A DNA stretch of 64,000 nucleotides from the NCBI GenBank assembly GCA_947857085.1, contig CANUDF010000001.1, forward strand, positions 3,841 through 67,840, given 5' to 3'. Below, in pieces: positions 46,701 to 54,451 of the stretch. Positions within the stretch are counted from its first letter, which is position 1. Every line of letters begins with the position of its first letter. A program made the translations under genes and the position numbers. The notes under the pieces are model-generated. The model was not told the DNA's origin. It saw only the letters and a program-made list of their open reading frames with translations, and did not search any database. This DNA is from Candidatus Gastranaerophilales bacterium. GTDB lineage: Bacteria > Cyanobacteriota > Vampirovibrionia > Gastranaerophilales > Gastranaerophilaceae.

Positions 46701-47243
46701 ATGAACTTCGTGAGAAGTTCTGAATCCGTCAAAGAATTGTAAGAACGGAACTTTCGCTTTGTAAGTTGATAAATGAGCAACTAAAGCCAAATCCATTTCT
46801 TCCTGAACAGAGTTTGCAGCTAACATTGCATAACCTGTGTTACGACAGCCCATAACATCAGAGTGGTCTCCGAAGATTGCCAATGATTGTGCAGCCAAAG
46901 CACGTGCTGAAACGTGAATTACGTGCGGAAGCATTTCACCGGCGGCTTTGTGCATAACCGGAATCATTAATAATAAACCTTGTGAAGCAGTATATGTAGA
47001 AGTTAATGAACCTGCTGCCAGAGACCCATGTACAGCACCTGCTGCTCCGGCTTCTGATTGCATTTCAGCAACTTTTACAGTTTTGCCCCAGATATTTTTC
47101 TTTCCTTGTGATGCCCATTCATCAACCCATTCACCCATAGTAGATGAAGGAGTAATAGGGTAAATTGCCGATACTTCGCTCAGTGCATATGCAACATGCG
47201 CTGCGGCGTAGTTACCGTCAACTGTTATAGTTTTTCCTGGCAT
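43710..47243 (-). CDS. nifJ: Pyruvate:ferredoxin (flavodoxin) oxidoreductase
   Basis: It is a 1177-aa single-chain PFOR. It has two ferredoxin-type clusters (CIQCGICASACPHAAI, CTGCGVCVDQCP) and a TPP-binding GGDGWANDIGYGG motif. Confidence 0.9.
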   Translation of the reverse strand: MPGKTITVDGNYAAAHVAYALSEVSAIYPITPSSTMGEWVDEWASQGKKNIWGKTVKVAEMQSEAGAAGAVHGSLAAGSLTSTYTASQGLLLMIPVMHKAAGEMLPHVIHVSARALAAQSLAIFGDHSDVMGCRNTGYAMLAANSVQEEMDLALVAHLSTYKAKVPFLQFFDGFRTSHEVHKIEEISYEDIAKLVEPKYIEEFRQRAMRPEAPVCKVGAQNTDVYFQGRETVNKYYDMVPDIVQEYMDKVAAVTGRQYHPFDYVGAPDATDVIVAMGSGCETIEETIEYLNAKRGTKYGLVKVRLYRPFDVKRFNEALPKSVKRIAVLDRTKEPGSIGEPLYMDVVAALENKDIRVIGGRYGLSSKEFTPSMVLAIYKHSENNGFHGFTVGIEDDVTNRSLKVEEHIVTEPEGTTNCMFWGLGSDGTVGANKNSIKIIGQYTNKDAQAYFAYDSKKSFGVTVSHLRFGDKPIKSTYLITAPDFVSCSAHAYIGRYDLLKGIKEGGTFLLNSPYSKEEAFAHLTRDLQKTIIDKKIKFYNVDAEKLIEQQPGLRGKGANTVMMVAYFKVSGIIPFEQALEGMREMTKKTFKKKGDDVVNMNLALIDAAVNATEEVPIPASLDGVGCVDDVKLISDEASDFAKKIIEPSMRQKGDDIPVSAMSVDGVIPTGTACLEKRGIAPRVPHWNSEACIQCGICASACPHAAIRTKLIEKENLKDAPASFNTIPARPALADEEFKVQVYCKDCTGCGVCVDQCPANKNPEKQALTWSTIEKEEEACELVNEKFFDELPDNVMGKNTTKTIKGAMLRKPLFEFSGACAGCGETPYVKLVSQLFGENMIVANATGCSSIYSGTFPTIPYTTNKDGRGPAWANSLFEDNAEFGFGMRLAVDQNRDTLKTYVEKVIASEKAPADLKQALEEAISHFDNSKTEEAVAAQNKAKEVLAKYADVDCPDLAKVRELQDYFTDKSVWIIGGDGWANDIGYGGIDHVLAQNQDVNILVLDTEVYSNTGGQASKSTPTGAVAKFATGGKRTYKKNMGLMSMSYGYVYVASVALGADRAQTLKAFQEAEAYKGPSIIFAYAPCIAHGIDMSKTQTEQKRAVEAGYFPLYRYNPENEVPFTWDAKDPKGSYQDFIRSEGRYKSLMKTNPEAAEALYNQAEEDAAKRMSVYKAVGELMK

Positions 47244-47427
47244 AAAAAATAACCTCCTTATTTATGCTATACTTAATAAAATACTTACAACTTATATCAT
47301 AATACAAACATATATCTTTGACAAAAAATAAAACTTGTAAATTTATGTAAAGATTGATTATATTTTTAATTGTATGCTGTTAAAATTTTTTTATTATAAT
47401 CTTTATTTAAAAGAAAGGAATTTTTAT

Positions 47428-48471
47428 ATGCATATATCCCCAATAGGCTTATTTACAGCTAACAGGACAGAACAACGAAAGAGCATTTTCAATAATAATG
47501 TTACCCCCATAAAAACTAGACAAACTTTGACCGGAGATACTGTTTCATTTAAGCAATCCTCGATTAAAGACACTATAGAAATGCAGCACGAGAGAAATAT
47601 AGAAAAATATAAAGTATACGCTGACATATTTTTTGACACTTTAGGCGATGTAGCTGATGAGTTATCTGAATTTGGTGTAAGTTTTGACAGAGATTATGCA
47701 AAACTTAATCCCATAAAATCTGCAAATTCTGTAAGCAGCAAAATAGCACGTTCAGGTTCTTTTGATGTACCTGATCTAATCAGAACGACACTTTTTGTAG
47801 AAAATCCATATGATAAGAGTCTTATATACGAAAAATTTCTTCCGGCTATGGAAAAACGAGGATACATTCTTGCAAAAGCAAATGGCAAACCTGATATTGA
47901 TTTTAGGCTTGATGAAATAGGAGAGCCTCAAGCCTCCGGATATGAAGATATTCAGATGAGATTTGTTCAAAAAAATATTAAAAATAATAAAATTAAGCAT
48001 GAACTTATAATTTTATTCGGTCCAAACTATGCTAACGCAAAACACCTTGAATCAGAAAAAGTCTATAGCATTTTGAGACAATTCAAAGAAATACATATGG
48101 ACACAAACGATGCCCCTATAGGCTCACCGGCTTTTAAGGCTAAACGATATATGGAGCTGGTAAAAACACAAGTACAAAATAAAATTTCAAAAAAATTATA
48201 TGATAATGCAAAAAATAAAGATTTCTATAAAATCGATGATATTTCCCCGATTTATTTTACAGACGAAAATAAAAAATTAATGAAAAATTATTTTGCAGCA
48301 CTTTTAGACAGAACAAAAGACTATTACAGAGAAAAACGCAACAGTGCTAAAAGTAGTGAAATTGCAATAATTCAACTTAGAAAAGATGAAAAAGATGATT
48401 TAGCCTTAATACACTACATAAATGATATGCTCAGGGAAACCGTCAAGTATTTTGAACGCAATCCACAATAG
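47428..48471 (+). CDS. RelA/SpoT-domain (nucleotidyltransferase-fold) protein with lineage-type N-terminal motif
   Basis: ATG 47428 follows AAAGGAA. IKSANSVSSKIAR, DLIRTTLFV and SGYEDIQMRF are colinear with the RelA_SpoT blocks (KS..S...K..R / D..g.R / GY.s.H). Confidence 0.45.
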   Translation: MHISPIGLFTANRTEQRKSIFNNNVTPIKTRQTLTGDTVSFKQSSIKDTIEMQHERNIEKYKVYADIFFDTLGDVADELSEFGVSFDRDYAKLNPIKSANSVSSKIARSGSFDVPDLIRTTLFVENPYDKSLIYEKFLPAMEKRGYILAKANGKPDIDFRLDEIGEPQASGYEDIQMRFVQKNIKNNKIKHELIILFGPNYANAKHLESEKVYSILRQFKEIHMDTNDAPIGSPAFKAKRYMELVKTQVQNKISKKLYDNAKNKDFYKIDDISPIYFTDENKKLMKNYFAALLDRTKDYYREKRNSAKSSEIAIIQLRKDEKDDLALIHYINDMLRETVKYFERNPQ

Positions 48472-49804
48472 CAACATTTTCAATATGGTAAGTGTGGCAG
48501 AACATATCAAAAGGCTGTATACTTTCCACTTGTGCTCCTTTTTCTGTAAGATATTTTAAATCACGCGCAAGAGTTGCAGGATTACAGCTGACATAAATAA
48601 TTTTCCCTTTACAAAGCCGTAAGGCTTCATCTAAAGAATTTTGCGTACAGCCCTTACGCGGCGGATCTAAAATTACAGCATCGAATTTTCGTTTTTCTTT
48701 TGCGAAAAATTTTGCAGCATCCATATTATGAATTTCAACATTCTCAATTTCATTTGCTTCAAGCGTTGCCCTTGCAAGTTCACAAGACTGCTTATTTTCT
48801 TCCACGCTAACAACTTTCTTGCAGACATCGGAAACACAAATTCCGAATGCAGTTATACCGGCATAAGCATCCAGAATAACCGGATTATCAAAATTAGACT
48901 GAATAAAATCTTTTACATACAGAAAAATATTTTCGGCACTCTCAGGATTAACCTGAAAAAACGTATTTGCCCCAATTCTAAAGGTCTTATCTATAATCCG
49001 TTCTTTTATAAAATCTTTTCCAACTATACATTCAGATTTTTCGCCAAGAATTACATTAGTCTTTTTAGAATTATAATTTACACAAACACCTGAAACTTCT
49101 TTAAATTCCTTGTAAATAGCTTCTGCAAAATCTTTGAGTCTGTCAAACATTTTTGTTGAATTCACGACAAGAACAACCAGATTTTTGCCTGTAGCAGCAG
49201 ATGTTCTTATAACAACATGCCGTAAATCTCCGGTGTGTTTTTTCTCATTAAATCCAGCAATTCCATAATCAAAAGCATGACTGCGTATGAAATCAATAAT
49301 TCTGTCACAAATTTCCGGCTGAATGGGGCAATGCTTTATATTAACTATTTCGTGCGTTCCTGTTTTATAATAACCCGCAAGAATTCTTCTAGAAACTTTC
49401 GTTTCCGACACGGGATATTGAATTTTATACCTGTATTCTCGTATTTTGGGACTTGGAACAGGATCATTAATCTTAATATCCAGTCCGGCGATAGTTTTTA
49501 TTGCATCTTCGACAATTTGTTTTTTAAGTTCTAACTGGTAATTATAATCAATAAACTGAAGCTGGCATGCTCCGCATACTTTTTGCAAAGCGCAAAAAGG
49601 TTCGATTCTGTATGGAGACGGTTTAATAACTTTTAAAACTTTTGCATGTGCATAAGATTTCGTAAGCCTGGTAATTCTAATTTTCACGATATCTTCTGGA
49701 CAAGCACCCTCGACAAAAACTACCAGACCATCTACACGGGCTATTCCGTATCCAAGATTTGAAAAACTTTCTATTACTACATCAATTTCATCATTTTGCT
49801 GCAT
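48443..49804 (-). CDS. rlmD: 23S rRNA (uracil-C5)-methyltransferase, RlmD/RumA family
   Basis: It has an N-terminal TRAM domain, a Cys cluster (CALQKVCGACQLQ), a SAM-binding motif (VILDAYAGITAFG) and a C-terminal DPPRKGC...YVSCNPATLARD. Confidence 0.75.
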   Translation of the reverse strand: MQQNDEIDVVIESFSNLGYGIARVDGLVVFVEGACPEDIVKIRITRLTKSYAHAKVLKVIKPSPYRIEPFCALQKVCGACQLQFIDYNYQLELKKQIVEDAIKTIAGLDIKINDPVPSPKIREYRYKIQYPVSETKVSRRILAGYYKTGTHEIVNIKHCPIQPEICDRIIDFIRSHAFDYGIAGFNEKKHTGDLRHVVIRTSAATGKNLVVLVVNSTKMFDRLKDFAEAIYKEFKEVSGVCVNYNSKKTNVILGEKSECIVGKDFIKERIIDKTFRIGANTFFQVNPESAENIFLYVKDFIQSNFDNPVILDAYAGITAFGICVSDVCKKVVSVEENKQSCELARATLEANEIENVEIHNMDAAKFFAKEKRKFDAVILDPPRKGCTQNSLDEALRLCKGKIIYVSCNPATLARDLKYLTEKGAQVESIQPFDMFCHTYHIENVAIVDCVQNT

Positions 49805-49917
49805 ATATAATATTATATTATGAAAATGTTAAATTTTAGTTAAAAACATAAAGTTTATTACAAAACAGAGTTATAACATAAGTGTGGATAATAATAAGTT
49901 TGAAAGGAGTGTTGAAT

Positions 49918-50373
49918 ATGAAATTTTTAGTTAGAAAAGCACCGGAAAATTTTATAAGGACTGTAAATGACGAAATCAGCTCTTTATTAAACAGACATTT
50001 TGACAGTTATTTCCCTGAAGCTGCATACTGGGAGGAAATGGATAAATATTCAATGCCTGTAGAAATTTGTGATAAAGGCAATGATTATGAGGTCAAGGCA
50101 GAATTACCGGGAGTTAAAAAAGAAAATCTGGATATAGATTTAGATAAAAATTACTTAACAATAAATGCAAAAAAAGAAGAAGAATCAACTGTAAACGAAA
50201 AATCATACAAAAAATCTGAGTTCAGATATGGGGAATTTTCAAGGACAGTATATTTTCCTGAAGAAATTGATACAGAGAAAACAGAGGCAAAACTTGAGCA
50301 TGGTGTATTAAAAATTTATGCTCCAAAAATAAGAATTGAAAAAGAAAACAAAAAGAAATTAATAGTAAAATAA
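49918..50373 (+). CDS. Hsp20/alpha-crystallin family small heat-shock protein
   Basis: ATG 49918 follows AAAGGAG. It has the alpha-crystallin core DYEVKAELPGVKKENLDIDL...FRYGEFSRTVYFPEEID...LEHGVLKIYAPK. Confidence 0.8.
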   Translation: MKFLVRKAPENFIRTVNDEISSLLNRHFDSYFPEAAYWEEMDKYSMPVEICDKGNDYEVKAELPGVKKENLDIDLDKNYLTINAKKEEESTVNEKSYKKSEFRYGEFSRTVYFPEEIDTEKTEAKLEHGVLKIYAPKIRIEKENKKKLIVK

Positions 50374-50390
50374 TAACCAACCCTGAAAAT

Positions 50391-50423
50391 AAAGCGATGT
50401 CAGAACTTTTCTGACATCGCTTT
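50391..50423. terminator. Perfect 14-bp-stem hairpin after hsp20, directly abutting the tRNA-Val 3' fragment
   Basis: The hairpin is aaagcgatgtcaga-acttt-tctgacatcgcttt. Confidence 0.6.
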
Positions 50424-50443
50424 ATGGTGGACGTTAGAAGACT
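50422..50443 (-). repeat. Duplicate of the tRNA-Val 3' end (22 bp, 1 mismatch against 50627..50648)
   Basis: Compare ttatggtggAcgttagaagact here with ttatggtggGcgttagaagact at the true tRNA 3' end. Confidence 0.8.
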
Positions 50444-50594
50444 GTCTTGCTCGGTCGCGTTTAACGGGTCTACGGATTTTCTTTTCACAAGCTGTACTTG
50501 TTTCAAAGAAAACTCCTTCGCCTTCAGCTCCCTCGCGCTCGAACTAAGCTGGACTTTGTCCGGCAAGTTCTCGCCTTGTGAACAATCCAAAAAT

Positions 50595-50628
50595 AAAAGA
50601 CAGAATAACAAAAGTCATTCTGTCTTTT
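50595..50628 (-). terminator. Rho-independent terminator of tRNA-Val
   Basis: It has a perfect 12-bp stem, aaaagacagaat/attctgtctttt, followed on the minus strand by a T-run. Confidence 0.7.
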
Positions 50629-50629
50629 A

Positions 50630-50705
50630 TGGTGGGCGTTAGAAGACTCGAACTTCTGACCCTCTCCTTGTAAGGGAGACGCTCTACCAACTGAGCTAAA
50701 CGCCC
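50630..50705 (-). tRNA. tRNA-Val (anticodon TAC), CCA encoded
   Basis: The reverse complement GGGCGTTTAGCTCAGTTGGTAGAGCGTCTCCCTTACAAGGAGAGGGTCAGAAGTTCGAGTCTTCTAACGCCCACCA gives a good cloverleaf with a CTTACAA anticodon loop. Confidence 0.9.
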
Positions 50706-50823
50706 TTATCTTTCGGCAAGAACTATCTTAACAGCAACAAAATTTTTTGTCAATATTTTTTGAAACATTTTTTTGAATTCTTCGTCGAAATCATTAGTAA
50801 TAAAAAGAGAGGGGATTTTATAC

Positions 50824-51792
50824 ATGATTTTGAGCTGTGAAGATAATACTTTGTTTAAAGATTTAGAATACAATTTAATAGAAAATGAAACCGAAGAAAC
50901 AATTGAACTCGAAGATGAAGATTTAACAACTCAAAACCCGAAAACATTTAATTCTATTTCACATGATGACGATATCCTCCAAATGTATCTGAAAGATATC
51001 GGAAAAATCAAACTGCTATCTTCAAAAGAAGAAAGGGCTTTAGGCAAGCAAATTAAAGAAAACAAATCAGAAATAGCAAAGCGTAAACTTGTACAGGCAA
51101 ACCTCCGACTTGTTGTAAGTATTGCAAAAAAATACATAGGACAAGGTGTTTTGTTTATGGATTTAGTACAGGAAGGTTCACTTGGCTTGATAAAAGCTGC
51201 TGAGAAATTTGATTATTCCAAAAATTTCAAATTTTCAACATATGCAACATGGTGGATAAAACAAACAATAATAAGAGCCATATCAAACAACTCAAGAACA
51301 ATAAGAATTCCTGTGCATATGGCCGATAAAATAAGAAAATACAAAAGATATTACACTCAATTATCGTTTAGCTTAGGCAGAGAACCAACCGATGCCGAAA
51401 TAGCAGAAAAAATGGAAATGCCTGTGAAAAAACTGACTGCTATAAAAAAAGCTATAATTAAAGAGCCGATAAGTCTTGAAACACCTGTAACCGATGATTT
51501 GAATGTAGGAGACTACGTAGAAGACACCAGTTATAATTCACCCGAGACTCAAACAAGAAATAATATTGTAAAAGGAAGTATAGAAAACTTACTTGAAACA
51601 CTTAATGAGAGAGAACGAAAAATAATAACCTACAGGTTTGGAATAAATGGTGAAACCCCAAAAACTCTTGAACAGCTGGGAATAATAATGGGATACTCAA
51701 AAGAACGAATCAGGCAGCTTGAAGACGGAGCACTTAAAAAAATACGCGAGCAAAAAGAATTTCAACACTTCAGAGATTTTATAGACGATTAG
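50824..51792 (+). CDS. RNA polymerase sigma factor, RpoD/SigA family
   Basis: It has region 2 ([32 protein letters not shown]), region 3, and region 4 ([19 protein letters not shown]). ATG 50824 follows a GAGAGGGGA SD. Confidence 0.85.
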   Translation: MILSCEDNTLFKDLEYNLIENETEETIELEDEDLTTQNPKTFNSISHDDDILQMYLKDIGKIKLLSSKEERALGKQIKENKSEIAKRKLVQANLRLVVSIAKKYIGQGVLFMDLVQEGSLGLIKAAEKFDYSKNFKFSTYATWWIKQTIIRAISNNSRTIRIPVHMADKIRKYKRYYTQLSFSLGREPTDAEIAEKMEMPVKKLTAIKKAIIKEPISLETPVTDDLNVGDYVEDTSYNSPETQTRNNIVKGSIENLLETLNERERKIITYRFGINGETPKTLEQLGIIMGYSKERIRQLEDGALKKIREQKEFQHFRDFIDD

Positions 51793-51816
51793 GGCATTGG
51801 TGTACAATGCCCTTTT
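51792..51816 (+). terminator. Rho-independent terminator after the sigma factor gene
   Basis: The hairpin gggcattg-gtgta-caatgccc is followed by tttt. Confidence 0.7.
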
Positions 51817-51822
51817 AAAACT

Positions 51823-53472
51823 CTAACCTACTAGCGACCGGGCAAACTCGATTGACTGTTCATTAATTTCACCTCCGGCAAGTTCTGCCAGTGCCTTAAT
51901 CTTATTATCGCCGGTCAAAACATATACCTCAACTTTGGTTTCATCAGTCTGTGATTTTCTTACATAAAAATGTTTGTCTGATTTTGAGGCAATAATTGCC
52001 TGATGGGTAATCAATATAATCTGATGATATTTAGACAATGAAACTATTTCATCAGCAACACTTTGCGATGCTTTTCCGGAAATTCCCGTGTCTATTTCGT
52101 CAAATATTACTGTATCAATTTCATCGTTTTCAGCAAAAATAGTTTTGATTGCAAGCATGACCCGGGAAATTTCACCGCCTGATGCGACTTTTGCAAGGGA
52201 TTTCAAGTCTTCTGACACATTAGTAGAAATTAAAAACTCAACTTCATCCGCGCCGTCTGCACCTAGCTCTTTATCTTTAACAGAAATTTCAAACCTTGAT
52301 TTAGGAAGTTCCAGCAATGCAAGCTTATCCTGAATTTGTACAGACAAAACTTTTGCAAAGTCTTTTCTATATGAACTTATAACATCAGCCCTTTCTTCAA
52401 GTTCCTTCCTTGCATGCGCAGTTCTGGTTTCAAGTTCTTCTATATTTTGTGTGGAAAACTCAATTCCGGAAAGTTCACCTGAAAGCCGTTCATAAGTTGA
52501 CAATACTTCTTCAAGTGAACCGCCGTATTTACGTTTCAATTTATCAAGCAAAAATAAACGTTCCTGAATCTGATTTAATCTTTCAGTATCATTTTCAAGA
52601 TTTTGACTGTAATAATTTAAATCCGTGCCAGCTTCTCTTAAAGTTTCAGAAGCATCAATAATTGCCTGCTCAATATTTAAAAGTTTATTATCAAAGGCTG
52701 CAGCCTTTGACACATTTGCCTTAATTTTATTTAACGCTTCAATTATAGAGCCGTCATCGCCATTTAACGTCCAATATGCAGCACCTGTCAGTTCTTTAAG
52801 TTTTTCAGTATTTTCAAGGACCTCAAGTTCAGAATTTAATTCTTCATCTTCAGTTTGTGATTTAATTTCAGCGCTTTCGATTTCATTTATTTGAAATTTT
52901 AAAAACTCAAGCTGTGCTTCTGACGCTCCTGCTGATTTTTTTGCATTTTCAAGTTTTAAAAGCAATTCCTGATATTCCACATACAGTTGTTTATACTCTG
53001 AAAGTTTAGCTCCATAAGCATCTTTACCATAAGAATCCAGCAGGCTGATATGATGTTTGGGCATCATGAACGTATAAGTCTGATGTTGAGAATGAATATC
53101 TATAAATAAAGCTCGAAGACTGCGCAGCAATTCTGTATTGACTAGTGTTCCATTTATTCTCGAACGCACTGCATTCTGAGTAATTTCTTTTGTAATAACA
53201 AGTTCACTGCCCCAGTTATCAATTCCGTTATTTTCAAAAAACTTTGTCAAATCATGATTTTTATTTTCAATAACAAGCTCAATTATTGCTTTTTCATTTC
53301 CAGTTTTTATAACCTCCTTTGAAACGCGGGAGGCAAAAGCCAAATCAATAGCATTAATAAGAATACTTTTTCCGGCCCCGGTTTCGCCAGTAATTATATT
53401 CAAACCATTATCAAAATTTGCTATCAGTTCATCAATTAAAATATAATTCTTTAACTTTAATTGCTTAATCAT
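51823..53472 (-). CDS. recN: DNA repair protein RecN
   Basis: It has an MIKQLKLKNYILIDEL start, Walker A GETGAGKSIL, a long coiled coil, and a C-terminal SGGEISRVMLA...FDEIDTGISG. I prefer ATG 53472 over the TTG at 53490. Confidence 0.85.
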   Translation of the reverse strand: MIKQLKLKNYILIDELIANFDNGLNIITGETGAGKSILINAIDLAFASRVSKEVIKTGNEKAIIELVIENKNHDLTKFFENNGIDNWGSELVITKEITQNAVRSRINGTLVNTELLRSLRALFIDIHSQHQTYTFMMPKHHISLLDSYGKDAYGAKLSEYKQLYVEYQELLLKLENAKKSAGASEAQLEFLKFQINEIESAEIKSQTEDEELNSELEVLENTEKLKELTGAAYWTLNGDDGSIIEALNKIKANVSKAAAFDNKLLNIEQAIIDASETLREAGTDLNYYSQNLENDTERLNQIQERLFLLDKLKRKYGGSLEEVLSTYERLSGELSGIEFSTQNIEELETRTAHARKELEERADVISSYRKDFAKVLSVQIQDKLALLELPKSRFEISVKDKELGADGADEVEFLISTNVSEDLKSLAKVASGGEISRVMLAIKTIFAENDEIDTVIFDEIDTGISGKASQSVADEIVSLSKYHQIILITHQAIIASKSDKHFYVRKSQTDETKVEVYVLTGDNKIKALAELAGGEINEQSIEFARSLVG

Positions 53473-53573
53473 AATATTAGAATACCCCAAAATTCCATTA
53501 CGGGCAATAATTTAACAAATAAAAAGAGTTCGAACAAAAGTCCGAACCCTTTCTATATTAAACCGATATACGA

Positions 53574-54326
53574 TTATTTGCCAAATAATACTGATCTAGC
53601 TGCATCATTACCCGGTTCAACAGTTTGACCGTAGAAGAATACAGGATATACATCAGTAATACCAGAAGCAGAAACACCGCAAGCACCGCTTGTAGTTCCA
53701 TTAGCTGCACCAGTACCGCCTTCAACACCTTCAGTACATGCAATTACCTGGTTAGGGTTAGTAGAACCGTTTACGTCAATAAAACCGATACATTCGTCGT
53801 TTCTTACAGAACAATTTTCAGCAGCACCATTGTAACCGAATGATGTACCATCAGCAAATGCAAATACTGACCAATCAGCAGCAGTTAAAGTAACTTCTTT
53901 ATTATAATCAATTTCAGTACCTGCAGTTGTACAACCCTCAATTGCATCTTCATCATCTTGAGTACATGTATAATTACTAATAGTCAACTCAAGTTTTGTT
54001 GGTAGAGTATAAGTATCAGTGATGTTTGTTGCTGATTGCATTCTTTTTCTTAAAATGTAAGACATTGTTTTTGAAGTAAGACCGTCGGCATCTGCACCTT
54101 TTTTAGATGAAGGTTCTGCAACTAAAGAAGAAAAATCATAATCTTCTAAAGCAACGTTCATAACAGCAGCCTGATTTAATGTTGATAAAGCTTTTTTGTA
54201 CGCTGTTTTAAATTGTGCACCGTTAGTGTTTGAAATCAATGTCGGAATAGTCATAGCAGCAACTACACCAATAATACCCAATGTGATTAATACTTCTGCC
54301 AAAGTAAAACCGAATCTTTTTGTCAT
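53574..54326 (-). CDS. Prepilin-type N-terminal cleavage/methylation domain protein (intact pilin/pseudopilin)
   Basis: MTKRFG/FTLAEVLITLGIIGVVAAMTIPTLISN is a canonical class III signal with E+5. ATG 54326 follows AAAGGTGA. Confidence 0.8.
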   Translation of the reverse strand: MTKRFGFTLAEVLITLGIIGVVAAMTIPTLISNTNGAQFKTAYKKALSTLNQAAVMNVALEDYDFSSLVAEPSSKKGADADGLTSKTMSYILRKRMQSATNITDTYTLPTKLELTISNYTCTQDDEDAIEGCTTAGTEIDYNKEVTLTAADWSVFAFADGTSFGYNGAAENCSVRNDECIGFIDVNGSTNPNQVIACTEGVEGGTGAANGTTSGACGVSASGITDVYPVFFYGQTVEPGNDAARSVLFGK

Positions 54327-54451
54327 AATCTTTTCACCTTTCTTTTTTACTAATAAAGCTATGAACAATTTTTATCTTTACTAATGCGATTATAATATCA
54401 ATTTTTTTAAAAGGTGTCAAGCATATGTATGATTTTTAATATTTGAAGGCA

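Noticed and set aside
48443-48471. The RelA/SpoT-like and rlmD-like genes overlap convergently by 29 nt.
   Set aside because: Short convergent overlaps are common in compact genomes, and there is no evidence of a special regulatory role.
50222-50642. Two overlapping ORFs (129 aa minus strand, 72 aa plus strand) span the tRNA-Val downstream region.
   Set aside because: They run through terminator hairpins and the tRNA 3' duplication. They have no SD and no motifs, so they are most likely non-coding.
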